Origin: Mobula hypostoma
Lineage: Eukaryota
NCBI RefSeq assembly: GCF_963921235.1
Contig: NC_086097.1
Span: forward strand, 10,106,001-10,170,000
Length of the DNA: 64,000 nt
Reading direction: 5' to 3'
The notes under the pieces are model-generated. The model did not search any database. It was given only the letters and a program-made list of their open reading frames with translations, and was not told the origin of the DNA. Both the position numbers and the translations under genes were made by a program. How positions within the stretch are numbered: the stretch's first letter is position 1; every line of letters begins with the position of its first letter. This document shows positions 36,280 through 48,659 of this stretch, one piece after another.

Positions 36280-37450
36280 TGTGCTTGGCCCTCTGCTCTA
36301 CTCACTTTACACCTATGACATTGTGGTTGGATACAGCTCCAAAAGCATATTCAAGTTTGCTGGTGACACCACAGTTGCGAACTGTATCAGAGATGGTGAT
36401 GAATCAACGTACGGGGGGGTGTTGGGGATTGAAGATTTGGCTGACTGGTGTCATAACAGTGGCTTCTCGCTTGGTGTCAGCAAGACCAAGGAACTGATCG
36501 TAGACATCTGGAGAGGGAAACCAGAGGGCCATAGGCCAAAACTCAGAGGATCAGAGGTGGAGAGAGTCCGTAACTTTAAATTCCTGGGTGTCACTCTATC
36601 AAAGGACTTGTCCTGGACCCATCATATAAATATTATTATGAAGAAAGCACAGGCACCTCTACTTCCTCAGGAGTCTGCAAAGATTCAGCGTGTCATCAAA
36701 AATCTTGGCAAACGTTTCTGTAGATGTGTATTGACTAACTTCATTATGACTTGGAGTGGGAACACGGGTGCCTGTGAGCGAGTTAGTGGATGTGGCCCAG
36801 TACGTCACAGGTGAAGCCCTCCCACCCGTTGAGAACATCTACATGAAACAATCTCATAGCATCCACGATCGAAGATCCTCACCACCCAGGCCATGCTCTT
36901 GTCTTGCAGCTGCCATTGGGTAAAGGGTGCGTATATCTCAGGACTCGCACCACCCGGTTCAAGAATAGTTACTACCTCTCAACCATCAGGCTCTTGAACA
37001 AAAGAGGATAGCTTTACTGATCTATTGAGATGTTCCCACAATCAATGATCTCACTTTAAGGACTCATTCTCTTATTCTTTCATGCTCCTGTTATTTATAT
37101 TTGCATGCACACAGTTTCTATGCTCCTGCATTGATCCTGTTTACAGTTACTTCTCTATAAATTTGCTGAGTATGCGCGCAGGAAAAAATCTCCGGATTGT
37201 ATGTGGTGATATTTATGCACTCTGATAATCGATTTTACTTTTATTTATTATTACTTCATTAGTTTCTTTTTCGTTTTGTATTTACACATTTTGTTTTTTG
37301 TACACTGGTTGTTTGTCTATCTTGTGTGCATTTTTATTGATTTAGTTGTGCTTCTTTGTATTTACTGTGAATGCTCGCAAGGAAATAAATCTCAGGTTAG
37401 TACATGTAGACATAGATGTGCTTAGATAACAAATTTACTTTGAACTTTGA
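36280..37450 (+). mobile_element. Rex1/Babar LINE, RT C-terminal half plus 3' UTR
   Basis: VLGPLLYSLYTYD, KFAGDTTV, SKTKELIVD and FKFLGVTLSKDLSW within ORF 36107-36814. Confidence 0.85.
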
Positions 37451-37464
37451 AGTACCCACACTTG

Positions 37465-37907
37465 AGGTCGATTTATACGTGGATCCCTACGCGCACGTCT
37501 CCCAAACTGTAACTACGCGTCGCGGCAACACAGACCGCAAAAACTGTGATTGGTCCGCTTGGTAGCATTGCATTTCCTCCTACGCTGCAATAGCTTCCTA
37601 TTGGGCGACTGAAGGGCAGGGAAGGAACTCTGGCTGCAATGCTTTTCATAAAGCTTTACTAACCTCCGAAATTATGGAGGACACATTTCACTTTTACGAA
37701 AAAAGACGCTCGCTTTAAACTTATTTACCCCGAGAAAGACTACCATGACCATGAAGCCTTGCACGGGCAGGTGTGTGCGCATGCGCGACGTGCCCGAATT
37801 GCGGAGTGACACAGACACACCAACGCACATGTATAAATGCTCACAATGCACGTAGGCTACTTGCGTAGGTTACGGCATCCATTTGACGCACAAGTATAAA
37901 TCAGCCT
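37465..37907. mobile_element. PIF/Harbinger-type MITE
   Basis: TIRs aggtcgatttatac (37465-37478) and gtataaatcagcct (37894-37907), 12/14 complementary. Flanks ttg/ttc resemble a decayed TTA TSD; interior is CpG-rich. Confidence 0.6.
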
Positions 37908-37909
37908 TT

Positions 37910-38330
37910 CCCAGTTATACACCCCAACTCTTCCTCTGCTACATCGGTGACTGGTTCATGCACCCATACCAACCTGATGGCATGAACATCGTCCAGTGAA
38001 AAAATTTTGTGCCCCCCCCCACCATATTCTTCCTCCTTCCCTTTATCCTATTGTCCACTCTCCTCTCCTATCACATCGCTTCAGCCCTTGACCTTTCCCA
38101 CTCATCTGGCTTCAACTATCACCTTCCAGCTAGCCTCTTTCCCCTCCACCCACCTTTTTATTTGGGTATCTTATCCCTTTCTTTTCAGTCCTGAGGTGGG
38201 GGGAGCGGGGGAGTTCACGGCCAGAAATGTTGGCTGTTTACTCTTTTCCTATAGATGCTGTCTGACCTGCTGAGTTCCTCCAGCATTTTGTGGGTGCTGC
38301 TCTGGGTTTCCAGCATCTGCAGAATCTCCC
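37910..38330 (+). mobile_element. Penelope-like remnant (RT fragment and pLTR with a degenerate hammerhead)
   Basis: PQLFLCYIGDW (YIDD-like) at about 37923-37955; pLTR cagtcctga..gaaatgttggctg..gacctgctgagttcctccagcatttt. Confidence 0.65.
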
Positions 38331-38939
38331 ATTTGTGATTTACTTCAAGGACTAGTTTACTTCACCAAATTTAACTTCTTCCTGAAGGGGTCTGGATGTC
38401 AATAATCATTATTTCATATGGTGGGTCCTCCTCCCAGCTAATGAAACGGATTAACTGTGATAAATCTACTTCCTTGCCTGATAACTCCACCTAATGAAGC
38501 AGATTAAACAATTTATTTTAAGTGTAGCACCTTTATTTCTGAAGAATAATTATTGACATATGTTTATAATTTAAAGGATTTCCAAACATAAGTACAGTTC
38601 TTCCAAGCTGGAAAGATGGACCATTGGGTTATAGGTTAATGAACTGTCCATTGCAGAAACCAAGGCTAATGAAAGGATTCTGACTCTCCTTTCAAACCCG
38701 ACGAACTTCTGACATTTAAGTAGTTTCCCTCCTTGTTAGCATCACATGTATGTGATGTTTCTCAAGTATATTTACCAGACCAGGTGGATGAATGTTTGAG
38801 TAGGCCATTGTGGACTGTAAATGCTTCACTTGATTAGGTCATAGTTCAATGAAGCCAATGTGGTCCCCACTGTTTTGCTTGATTTGTTCAAGATGATGAA
38901 CAAAGTGTACTGGTTAGAAGTCAAGAGGGTGAGCAAAGA

Positions 38940-41540
38940 ACCTATCAGCTCCGCTTTAAATATACCCAATGGTGTAACCTCCACAGCCGTCCATGCCTCC
39001 CTCTACCTATAAAATCCCTCCTCATCTCTGTCTAAAAGGTCTTCTATTTCTATGCTGTGCCCTCTGGTTTTAGACTCTCCCCTTATTTGAAAAATCCTCT
39101 CCATGTCCACTTTATTGAGACCCGTCAGTGTTCCGTAGGGTTCAATGAGATACCCTCTTATTTTTCTAAACTCCTGCGAGTATCAGCCTAGAATCATCAA
39201 ATCTTCCTCATACTTTAACACTTTCATTTCTTGAATCATTCTTGCAAGCTTCCTCTGGACCCCTCCAATGCCAGCACATCCTTCCATAGATGTGGGGCCC
39301 AAAACTGCTCACAAAACCCCAAGCATAGCCATACCAGTGCTTTATAAAGCCTTCCCATTACATCCTTGCTTTTATGTTTTAGTCCTCTCAAAAATGAATG
39401 CTAACATTGCATTTGACTTCTTTACCATTGACTCAACCTGCAAATTAACCTTCTGGGAATTCTGCATTTTTTTGCACCTCTGCTAAATGAATCTGCTACC
39501 TGTTTAGAAAATAGTCTATGCCTTTATTCCTTCTACCAAAGTGATTGACCATAGCTTTGCTACACTATATTCTTTTTGCCACTTCTTTGTTCCTGATCTA
39601 TTCAAGTCCTGTTTCAAACTTCCTGCTTCCTCAATATTATTTGCCCCTCCAATTATCTCTAATCATAAGATTTGGGGCAGAATTAGGTCATTTGGCCCAT
39701 CGAATCTGCTTTGCTATTTCATCATGGCTGATCCATTTCCCTCTTAGCCCTAATCTCCTGCCTCCTCCCCGTACCCCTTCATGCCCTGACTAATCAAAAA
39801 TCTATCAACCTCTTCCTTAAATATAAACTCAAAGATTCCTTTTATTGTTGAACTATGCATGTACAATACAACTGATACTTGTCTACTCCATGAAATACAG
39901 AAAGACCAGTGAAGTTGTTGAAAGACATCAACTCCTCCCATGACACAAAAAAGAGAAAGAAACAAAACTAACTCCAAAACTCCCCCACCTGCTCCCCCAC
40001 AAAATAAAAGCAGTGACAATGGTATCAAATCCCCCACTCCTCCCCGCAGGAGAAAAACAGCAACAATAGCAACAATTCCCCAGCCACTCCCCGGCAGAAA
40101 AAGCAGACACAATAACATTCCCCGTCCCCCTCACTCCCAGAAGAGGATAGGGACAGTAGCATCAAAATCCCAGCCCTCCCTTTCACTCAAAAAACTAACA
40201 GATCACCCACCTGCCAATTTAGATTTAGATTATGAAGAGACACAGTCCTCTTTTATTGTCATTTAGTAATGCATGCATTAAGAAATGATACAATATTTCC
40301 TCCGATGTGATATCACAAAACACAGGACAGACCAAGACTGAAAAAAACTCACAAAGAAGTCCATGAGCACAGTAAAGTTCAAAGTCTCTCAAATGTCCCA
40401 CATCTCACGCAGATGGAGAGAAGGAAGAAAAACTCTCCCTGCCATTCCTGACCACGGTCCGACTCTGCATCATCCGAAAACTTCGAGCTCTGATCAGCTC
40501 TCTGACACAGAGTACTGAGTGCCATCTCTGTCCGAACGATTTGACCTTCTTCTCGGTTGCCAACAGCAGGCAAAGCCGGGGATTTTGAGACCTACCCTCT
40601 GAAAGATTCGTGACCGCGCAGTAACGACAGCAGCGAACGAGCGTTTCAGAAATTTTTCCGGATGTTCCTCTGTGCTTTCATGTCCGACTTCATCAAATCA
40701 GAAATTTCCACAGCACCTATTTAAAAGATACGATATCATTTTTTAATCAGAGGGCTGCGCATGCGCAGCGCGCTGCTTCACTTCTCCTCCCACCATTGAC
40801 ATCAAGAAAGAAAATGCAAAAAACAACTGAAGTAGACAAATACCAAGTACAGTCCAATAATCACATAACTGAATACCACTGACCCAGCTACTAACCATAA
40901 TCACCCTGGTGGCCTCCTTTGCGAGCAATGGCTGATCTCCTCCACATTCACCTCAATATTTCAATCTTCCTCGCTATATCAAGATGGAGTCATCAATAAC
41001 ACTATACCCTGTCTCTAGACTTTTCCATGAGTCAGCTTATGTTCTCAGTCCTTTTTGGGTCCCAGTTTCTGATCTCCTCGAGGCAGGTCTCTAGACACAG
41101 CAGAGCACTAGATCATCCAACGGAGTTCCAAACTGCACGTCACAGGCTCCAACAGTTTCTATAACACAAAGATAACAAAAAAGAGCAAGCAGAAGGCATA
41201 GAAAATGTGAAATAATTTAAGAGGTTGGCTATCTGAAAGATGTCACCTGAGAAATCATTGTTCGCTAGTACCATTTTCACTAGAATACCAAATGTTTTGG
41301 CCTCCACAGCCACCTGTAGTAATAAATTCCACAGACTCACCACTCTCTGGTGAAATAAATTACTTCTCTTCTCTAGTCTAGATGGACATCCCTCTCATTT
41401 AAGGCTGTGCCCTCTGGTCTTAGACTCCCATCCACAGGAAACATTATCTCCACATGCACTCTGTCAAGGCCCTTCAACATTCAATCATTTTCAACAAGAT
41501 CTTCTGAATTCCGGTGAGTAGAGGCCCAGAGCCATCAGAC
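38940..41540 (-). mobile_element. Nested cluster: CR1 fragments (38940-39650, 39660-39825, 41284-41540) interrupted by two non-autonomous elements with Rex1/L2-like tails (about 39826-41283, inner about 40217-40785)
   Basis: The CR1 sequence ..ccttaaatata resumes as ..aataccaaatgttttggcctccacagcc at about 41284. The inner element begins with a (tttaga)n tail. Confidence 0.6.
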
Positions 41541-41761
41541 CCACAACTGTCTGACTCATAATGCCACCAAACAAGACCCGGCTGATGCACTCACTTAATA
41601 GAAGTCACAGTATCTGATTATCCTAACATACACAATTATCTGTCTGTCTGTCTGTCTGTACTTTGTTTTATGGCGGTTGGCATCCAGCTTAATGGTGCAT
41701 TACCGCCACCCTCTGCTCCAGAATGTGCACTAGACATACATTCTAAATCCCTTCACCCAAT

Positions 41762-41795
<34 letters not shown>

Positions 41796-41857
41796 CACAA
41801 ACCTACACTTCACCCTCCCATCTTTGACCATCCTAGTATCCTATTCCTGTTTATTCG

Positions 41858-44800
41858 TCATATTCTATAAAAAACCCCTGTACCCCTTAAAAACGCTAAA
41901 AATACCCGGACTTGTGCTCTCTCACACATGCCAAGCAACCCTTTTAATGTGAATTCCTGCATCCCCAACTCCCTTAATTTATTTCTCATCATCTCTCTCT
42001 GTCTTCCCATACTTCCTGCAACACAGAACTACATGTTCTACTGACTCCTCTTCCTGACATTCCTCACACAATCCTGTATGGTGTTTCCCTATCATTTTCA
42101 ATGTTTTGTTTAATGCACAGTGCCCCAGCCTTAACCTAGTCCACACAATTTCCTCTCTTCTGTTTCCATTACCTACCCTAGTAACTGCAACACTCTTTTG
42201 TATTTGATATAAATGCCTCCCTTTCCCCTCCCTGTCCCAACTTTCTTGTCACATTCGGTTGACTTTTTCCCAGATTACACACTTAACCTTTGCTTTACTG
42301 ATACTAATGTGCATTTCCACATATTCTTTCTTTAACGCCCTCTTTGCCAACTCATCCACCCTCTCATTCCCCTTCACCCCTACCTGTGCTGGAACCCATA
42401 GAAATTTTACCTGACCTCCCTGATTTGCAATTCTTGTAACTAACTGAAGGACTTCATAAAGTACATCTTGCCAACTGCTTGTGTGAAAAGACCTTAAACT
42501 TGCTAGAACTGAGGATGAATCTGAACATATCAATGCTTTGGCTTGTCTGGCTTTCTGCACCCATTGCAACGCAACCAACACTGCCAGCATCTCCACTGTA
42601 AACACCCCTAACTTATTAGATGTTCTTCTGCTGATTCCAATTTCTTTTGCTGGTATTACCACCCCAAACCCTGTCACTCCTGTTTCAGGTTCCTTCGCAC
42701 CATCCGTATAAATGTGAGTATAATCACTATACTTTTCCATCATATGACAGTTAAATGCATTTACCAAATCTGTTTTATATCTTTCTTTCCTTTTTACCTC
42801 TAACAAATGCCAGTCTATGCAGGCCATACAAGCTTCCATGGAGCTACAACCGGATAAACTACTGAAGGACTTACCCTCAGATCAAATACTCCACATTCTT
42901 TCGCGATATCATTCCCTACCCGACTAAAGGTATCCCTCTGAAACCCATTTTCCCAGCACTCCTGCAACACTCCTTTAGTAGGGTGAGAATCATTGTGCCC
43001 CTGCAAGTTAGCCCAGTAGTTTGCCATCAGTTGCATCCTTCTTAGTTCCAAAGGCATTATTCCCATTTCTACCTGTAGGGCTGACACCGGTGACGTTTTA
43101 AAAGCCCCACTGCACACTCTCAAGGCCTGAGCCTGAATCACATCCAGTTTCCTTAAAAGAGACCTAGCTGCTGATCCATATACTATATTTCCATAATCCA
43201 GTACAGATCTTACTAAAGCCACATACATTCTCTTCAAAGCTGAACAACTTGCTCCCCATTCCCTACCAGTCAAACATCTCATCACGTTTATTATTTTTTC
43301 ACATTCCTCCTCAACTTTCCTGATATGGTCTGCCCATGTTAATCGTGAATCAAATATAACTCCCAGAAATTTAAATGATGCAACCCTTTCTAATTCAACC
43401 CCATACATCCTTAACTTCTTCCCTACCTCAACCCTTTTCCTGGTAAAAAATACAGTTTGAGTTTTGTCTACTGAAAATCTACATCCCCAATCATAACCCC
43501 ACTCCACCACTTCATCAATTGCTTCTTGTAGTTTCCTGATTATATGGTCCATGTTCCTGCCTCTTTTCCACAAGGCCCCATCATCCGCAAACAGTGACCT
43601 ACCTATATCCACTGGTACCTTTGTGAAGACATCATTGATCATAATGATGAAAAGCAACGGGCTAATCACACTACCTTGAGGTGTGCCATTTTCCATTATG
43701 TACTGTTTTGATAATTCTGATCCAATTCGAACTTGAATTTTTCTACCAAACAAAAAATCTTTAATCCAATTAAAAACTCTCCCACCAACCCCCATCTTGT
43801 GCAGTTTAATTAATAATCCTTCCTTCCACATCATATCATAGGCTTTTTCAACGTCAAAGAACACTGCCACTACTGACTCTCTATTTGCCTGGGCCTTCCT
43901 TATTTCAGTCTCTAACATAATCACTTAGTCCATGGAATTCCTTCCCTTTCTAAAACCACTCTGATAACTTGCCAGCATTCCCGTTTTCTCAAGCTCATAT
44001 GATAACCTTTCTGTCATCATCCTTTCCATTATCTTACATATACATGATGTTAATGCAATTGGTCTGTAGCTAGTGGGTTTTGACAGATCCTTGCCAGGCT
44101 TCCTTATTGGAATTTCTACTGCTTCTTTCCATGCACTTGGTAATCTTCCCTCCTCCCACACTCTGTTATAAAAATGCAGTAACTTCAAGAGCGCTCCTTT
44201 TCCTAGATTTTTTAGCATCACAGAGCATAGCAGATCTTTCCCTGGGGAGGTTGGTCTCGATCTCGTATTTGCTCTCACCATTTCTGCTAATGTAAATGGA
44301 TCATCAATTATATCATCTGTTCCTTCCCTCCTGCTTAACACACCTGGGTGTTGGCTCATTATTCTTTCCCTTCTTCTTCTCCCTTCTTCAGACAAATTTT
44401 CTGAACTGTGTATCAGTACAAATGACTTGGCCATGACCTCAGCCTTATCCCTACTGGAAACTGCAGTTTCCTCCTCAGATATCATTACTGGATATTCCCA
44501 TTCCCTTCTATCTCCTGCCATCCTCTTAATCATTCCCCATATCTCTCCCACAGGTGTTGTTCTTCCTACCTTGTCGCAAAAACTCCTCCAACTTGCCCTT
44601 TTAGCTTGATGTATAGTTCTTCTCACCACTGCCTGTGCTTTCTTATATTGAACCAAATGCTGCATATTATGGGTTCTTTTAACTAGCCCGAATGCTCTAT
44701 TTCTGTTTTTTACAGCCTGACAACATTCCTCTGTCCACCATGGTACCAGTTTCCTATTCATCCTATTTTTACTCCTAGGTATAGATCCTTCTGCTGCCAT

Positions 44801-45610
44801 GATAATTGCTGAAGTCACCTGACTGTTTAATTCATCTACATTTCCAGAAATATCAATCTTTGTCAACCCTTCTTCACTCAACTTCTGGAACTTACCCCAA
44901 TCAGCTTTTTCAAACACCCATTTTGGGGTTCCGCCACCTGGTCTTACTTCAACTCTTTCACCCACTGAACACAAAACTGGGTGGTGATCACTGCCTACCG
45001 TTGAAGCAGTCCAAACTCCCCAGTTACTAATGCCAGCCAAGGTATTAGACACTAACGTAATATCTAACACTGACTCAATTCCTGTTGTTATATCTATCCT
45101 TGTGCCGCTACCATCATTCATACACACCAAATCCCTTTCTTCCATCAAATCTTCAATTACCTTTCCATTTGGATCTGTAATCTGATCCCCCCATATTGTG
45201 CTATGAGCATTGAAATCTGCACACCACACTACTTTATGTCTGTTTTGTCCTTGTATCTTTAATAGGCTGTCCAAATCCAACCTTTTACATGGATTGTAGT
45301 AGTTAATTATAACCACTCCCTCCCCTCTCTCCCACACTTCCACCACTATGTATTCCTGATCATCTCCTTTTTCCAGTACCCTATATTGTATACCTTGCTT
45401 GATTAACATAACACAACCCCCTCCTCCCCCTAGATTTCTATCTTTCCTTATCATTGTATACCCATATACCACAAAGTCTAAAGTTGGTTTCAACCAAGTT
45501 TCCTGAATATACACTACATCTGGTTTTACGACCATTTCTTTCATAAAGTGCTTAAATTCCTGGCTATTGGCCAGTAAGCTCCTTGCATTCCATTGTAAAA
45601 GAATAACCAT
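41858..45610 (-). pseudogene. ORF2 APE endonuclease-RT-RNase H-zinc knuckle, four lesions
   Basis: LQWNARS, IQETWL, ADFNAH, GSDH; YRPIALTS, FFDVEKAYD, QGSVISP, LFADD; YTDGAK, CSDSSS, GNERVDELAK; TRLRLGH..CEEC..EHVVLCC. Stops at 43925-43927 and 42249-42251, frameshifts at about 42820 and 42003. Confidence 0.93.
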
Positions 45611-45618
45611 AATTAATA

Positions 45619-46851
45619 TTAACCAACACATGACACTTCCTGGCTTGACTGATTACTGAGGTTCTCCCTCACTTCCTCCCATGTCAGTCCTACTAACACT
45701 AAATGGTTTACTGCTGCTTTTACCACCAGCTGAATTTTGTCACTTTTTGACTTTACCTCAGCCGTACTATTATTCACTCCTGCAATGAATGTTACTAGAG
45801 CCTTTTTGTCTACATAAATCCTGTCATTTGTTCTTTGTTGCATCTCTCGTATCCCTATTGCTCCCTGTTCATTAGGAGCATTATTCTGTTCTCTTGACAT
45901 TCGTACAGCTTCTGCATAAGTGATCTTTCTTTTCACTCTTATTTCTTGAATTTTAGTCTCCCGTCTCACAACCTCACACCCACTATATGCAACATTATGA
46001 GCTCCTCCACAATTGCAGCATTTTGGTTGAACTCCTGTTCCGCACTTTCCATATTTATGATCACCCCCACATCTAGCACATCTCCTCTGCCTTTTACAGT
46101 TTTTAGCCACGTGTCCAAACCTTTGACAATTATAGCACCTCAGTGGCTTTGGCACATACACCCTTACTGGGTAACTCATGAAACCCAGGAACAGCTTCCT
46201 TGGCACTCTTTCTTCTTCAAATTCAATCAATACTGATTCACTTTCCTTTTTCACTCCCTCCTTTGTTGTTTTCAGTCTTTGAACATTCATTACTTTCCCT
46301 CCTTTGATATTCCTCTTTATCTCCTCCATATTTATACTCATTGGTATCCCTTTGATCCCTCCTTTACAACCACTGTTTTGTGCTCCCACCCTCCCAGCGT
46401 ATTCCACCTTGCATTTTCCTATCTCTTTTAGCTTGAGTGCTTTCTCAAGTTGTTCCTCATTCGCACATCTTACCAATAAGTTGCCATCATTAAGGACTTC
46501 TGCAAATACTATTTCCCCTATCTTATTTGTCAGAGTTGTTGTTAGCACAAACAGGTTAATTTCCTTCATATGTCCCTGAGCCTTCTCATTAAACCTAATT
46601 ATGACAACACCCCCTCTCTGAGCTTGTTCATCTTCCTCACTTTCAGAGCTTTCTCCACTATCATTTCTTATTCTTTTATTCCCTTTGTCTTGGTTTTTAT
46701 TCATCCGACCCCTCACTACCTCCTTATTCCCTTTATTTCTCCCTTCACAATAATCCACCTCTCCCCAGCTGCCTACCTCTGGTCCCAAGTCTCTATCCCT
46801 CTCCTTCTCCACTTTCTTTCCCTGAACCCCACCTCTTATCTTGTCTGCCAT
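45619..46851 (-). CDS. ORF1 gag-like nucleic-acid-binding protein with three CCHC knuckles (410 aa from MADK)
   Basis: Uninterrupted frame with CYNCQRFGHVAKNC, CARCGGDHKYGKC and CCNCGGAHNVAYSGC. The track's ATG at 47007 lies in the TSD, so ATG 46851 is the likely start. Confidence 0.9.
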   Translation of the reverse strand: MADKIRGGVQGKKVEKERDRDLGPEVGSWGEVDYCEGRNKGNKEVVRGRMNKNQDKGNKRIRNDSGESSESEEDEQAQRGGVVIIRFNEKAQGHMKEINLFVLTTTLTNKIGEIVFAEVLNDGNLLVRCANEEQLEKALKLKEIGKCKVEYAGRVGAQNSGCKGGIKGIPMSINMEEIKRNIKGGKVMNVQRLKTTKEGVKKESESVLIEFEEERVPRKLFLGFMSYPVRVYVPKPLRCYNCQRFGHVAKNCKRQRRCARCGGDHKYGKCGTGVQPKCCNCGGAHNVAYSGCEVVRRETKIQEIRVKRKITYAEAVRMSREQNNAPNEQGAIGIREMQQRTNDRIYVDKKALVTFIAGVNNSTAEVKSKSDKIQLVVKAAVNHLVLVGLTWEEVRENLSNQSSQEVSCVG

Positions 46852-47809
46852 TACCGGACCCACACGACCCCCTCCCAGCAATTTCCGTTCCTTCCCCACT
46901 CTCTTTCCCTCAACAGGTTCCAAACCACAATCACGCATCAAGCAAAACACAGCCAGCTTCCAGTCGAGCCAACTCCGGCCCAGCACGGGACTCCGCTGTC
47001 CATACACAATTATGCCCTGTAACTGATACTAAACACTATTGAGCATTTATTCTCAGCCATCCAGAACCCAGCACTGATTTTTAAACATGATGGCATTTAT
47101 TGGCACTTCCATGCTAACAATAATGTCCAATTTAGTCTGATCACTGCAAACCATGTGTGACTTTCGTTTATACGTTCAGGTCACTTCCTTACCATCACAT
47201 ATCCTGTAATTATATTGCACATGTGTTCTTAGGACTGTATGGGAACACTTTTCCATATTTGTCCAGTCAAAAAGCCATAATTGCTTGCATGTTTCAGAGA
47301 GGATCACTTCCCTACTGCTCCTCCAGTTCCGGGGATTGAAACCTAAACCGTCCACCTGGCAGTGATAAGGTGCAAGGCCACCCCAGCAAATTCAGTATCC
47401 GGAACTGAAAGCTGGACTCAATTGTTTGATACATAACAAGCTGAAACACAAACAAAAATTGCTCTGCAACAATTGTAAGGAAATATAAAGCCAATTAGGC
47501 CATATTATAATGCCACATTGAATAGAAGGAAATGTTAGCATCCTTCAGGAGGCTTCATTATGAGAGGATAAATGTTATTAAAGCTCATAATTGCAATCAA
47601 TCTTTAATAAATTGGTTCCACACTTGAGATCACTATTTTCTTCATCAGCTCACTTAACACTGTTAACTCAGTTGGGCCACTGGGGTGTTTTGGCATTTTA
47701 AAGTTCCTTTCTCTAATAAAATAGGGGTGTTTGCCTATTTTATAAGGCTCTAATAATTGGCATTTTGCTGATATGTTATTCTTGCAGTTCTTTAAGGTGG
47801 TAGTGGAGA

Positions 47810-48350
47810 TAAGATCCCACCACCTACATATTAAATGCTCACAATGGCGTTCACTTCAAATAGCCTCTGACAACCAAGTCCAGGCTTCGCATGTGACTTC
47901 GCTCTGAAGCCCAGCAGAGCTGTTTCTAATGCTGGAGAAGGGGCAAAGGTGGATTACTAGTGCCTTAAAATCAGTCACTTTAGGCAGATGGTGCTTGTCA
48001 GCTGAGACTGGCAGCCCATCCAGGAGAAGAAAACTCTGATCTCAAACCTCGGCTGCCTTGCAACTGTACCCGCTCATGGGGAAGGATTCGGGGAGTAAAC
48101 CCTGAGGGAAAATCTGGAGCTTGAGTTCCTAAGGCAGTCCTATGTTGTGTTCACTGTCTGTTGGCAATTCCTGTGATGCTGCTGGTGCCAAACTGTATTG
48201 GTCTTTACTGTTCAATTGGATTTCATCAGCTGTCAGGAGAGGGGGAGCCGGCTGCATGGGCCACAGCTTGCTCTCCATATCGTACTGCCCTGGCTCGTGT
48301 ATCACTTAGACTGCTGGAACGCAACATCCATGGTCGTTACTTTTGCCCTC
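47810..48350 (+). mobile_element. RTE-related non-autonomous element (related pieces at about 2805-2980 and 55066-55680 minus)
   Basis: Shares ggtgccaaactgtat and catgggRaaggNttcgggagtaaacc with the reverse complement of 55066-55680, which ends in an (actg)n tail. Confidence 0.6.
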
Positions 48351-48659
48351 CTCGGTTTATTCACTACAACCAGAATTGTCTATTGCTCTGTTTGCTGCTT
48401 CCACCTGTCCTTTTCCCCAGAAGGGATGAAGTCAGTTTTTGTTTCATTTGCACCAAACCACAATTTGGAATGGAAAAGAAATATACTTTGATTAAAAGTA
48501 TCAAGATTCAACAGGTTATATGCTGATGACAATTAGGCAGGGATTTCTTCAAACAAGCCTGATTGAAGTCACTGACTATGATCTGAAATGCACTGAGGTG
48601 GACAGTTTCTTGTGTTCCATGACTGATGTCATTTTAACTTTATTTCATGGTGAAACACT

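Larger units (their letters stand above)
41640..47000 (-). mobile_element. Full-length I/Nimb-clade non-LTR retrotransposon with RNase H
   Basis: Perfect 13-bp TSD catacacaattat (41627-41639 and 47001-47013), (acag)n 3' tail, gag-like ORF1 and APE-RT-RNase H-CCHC ORF2. Confidence 0.95.

Noticed and set aside
36107..36814. 235-aa ORF as a gene
   Set aside because: Chance read-through from a reversed CR1 tail into a degraded Rex1 RT with a mutated catalytic motif (FAGD).
46852..47007. N-terminal 52 aa of the 462-aa ORF (ATG 47007)
   Set aside because: That ATG lies in the target-site duplication outside the element, so this is probably open 5' UTR.
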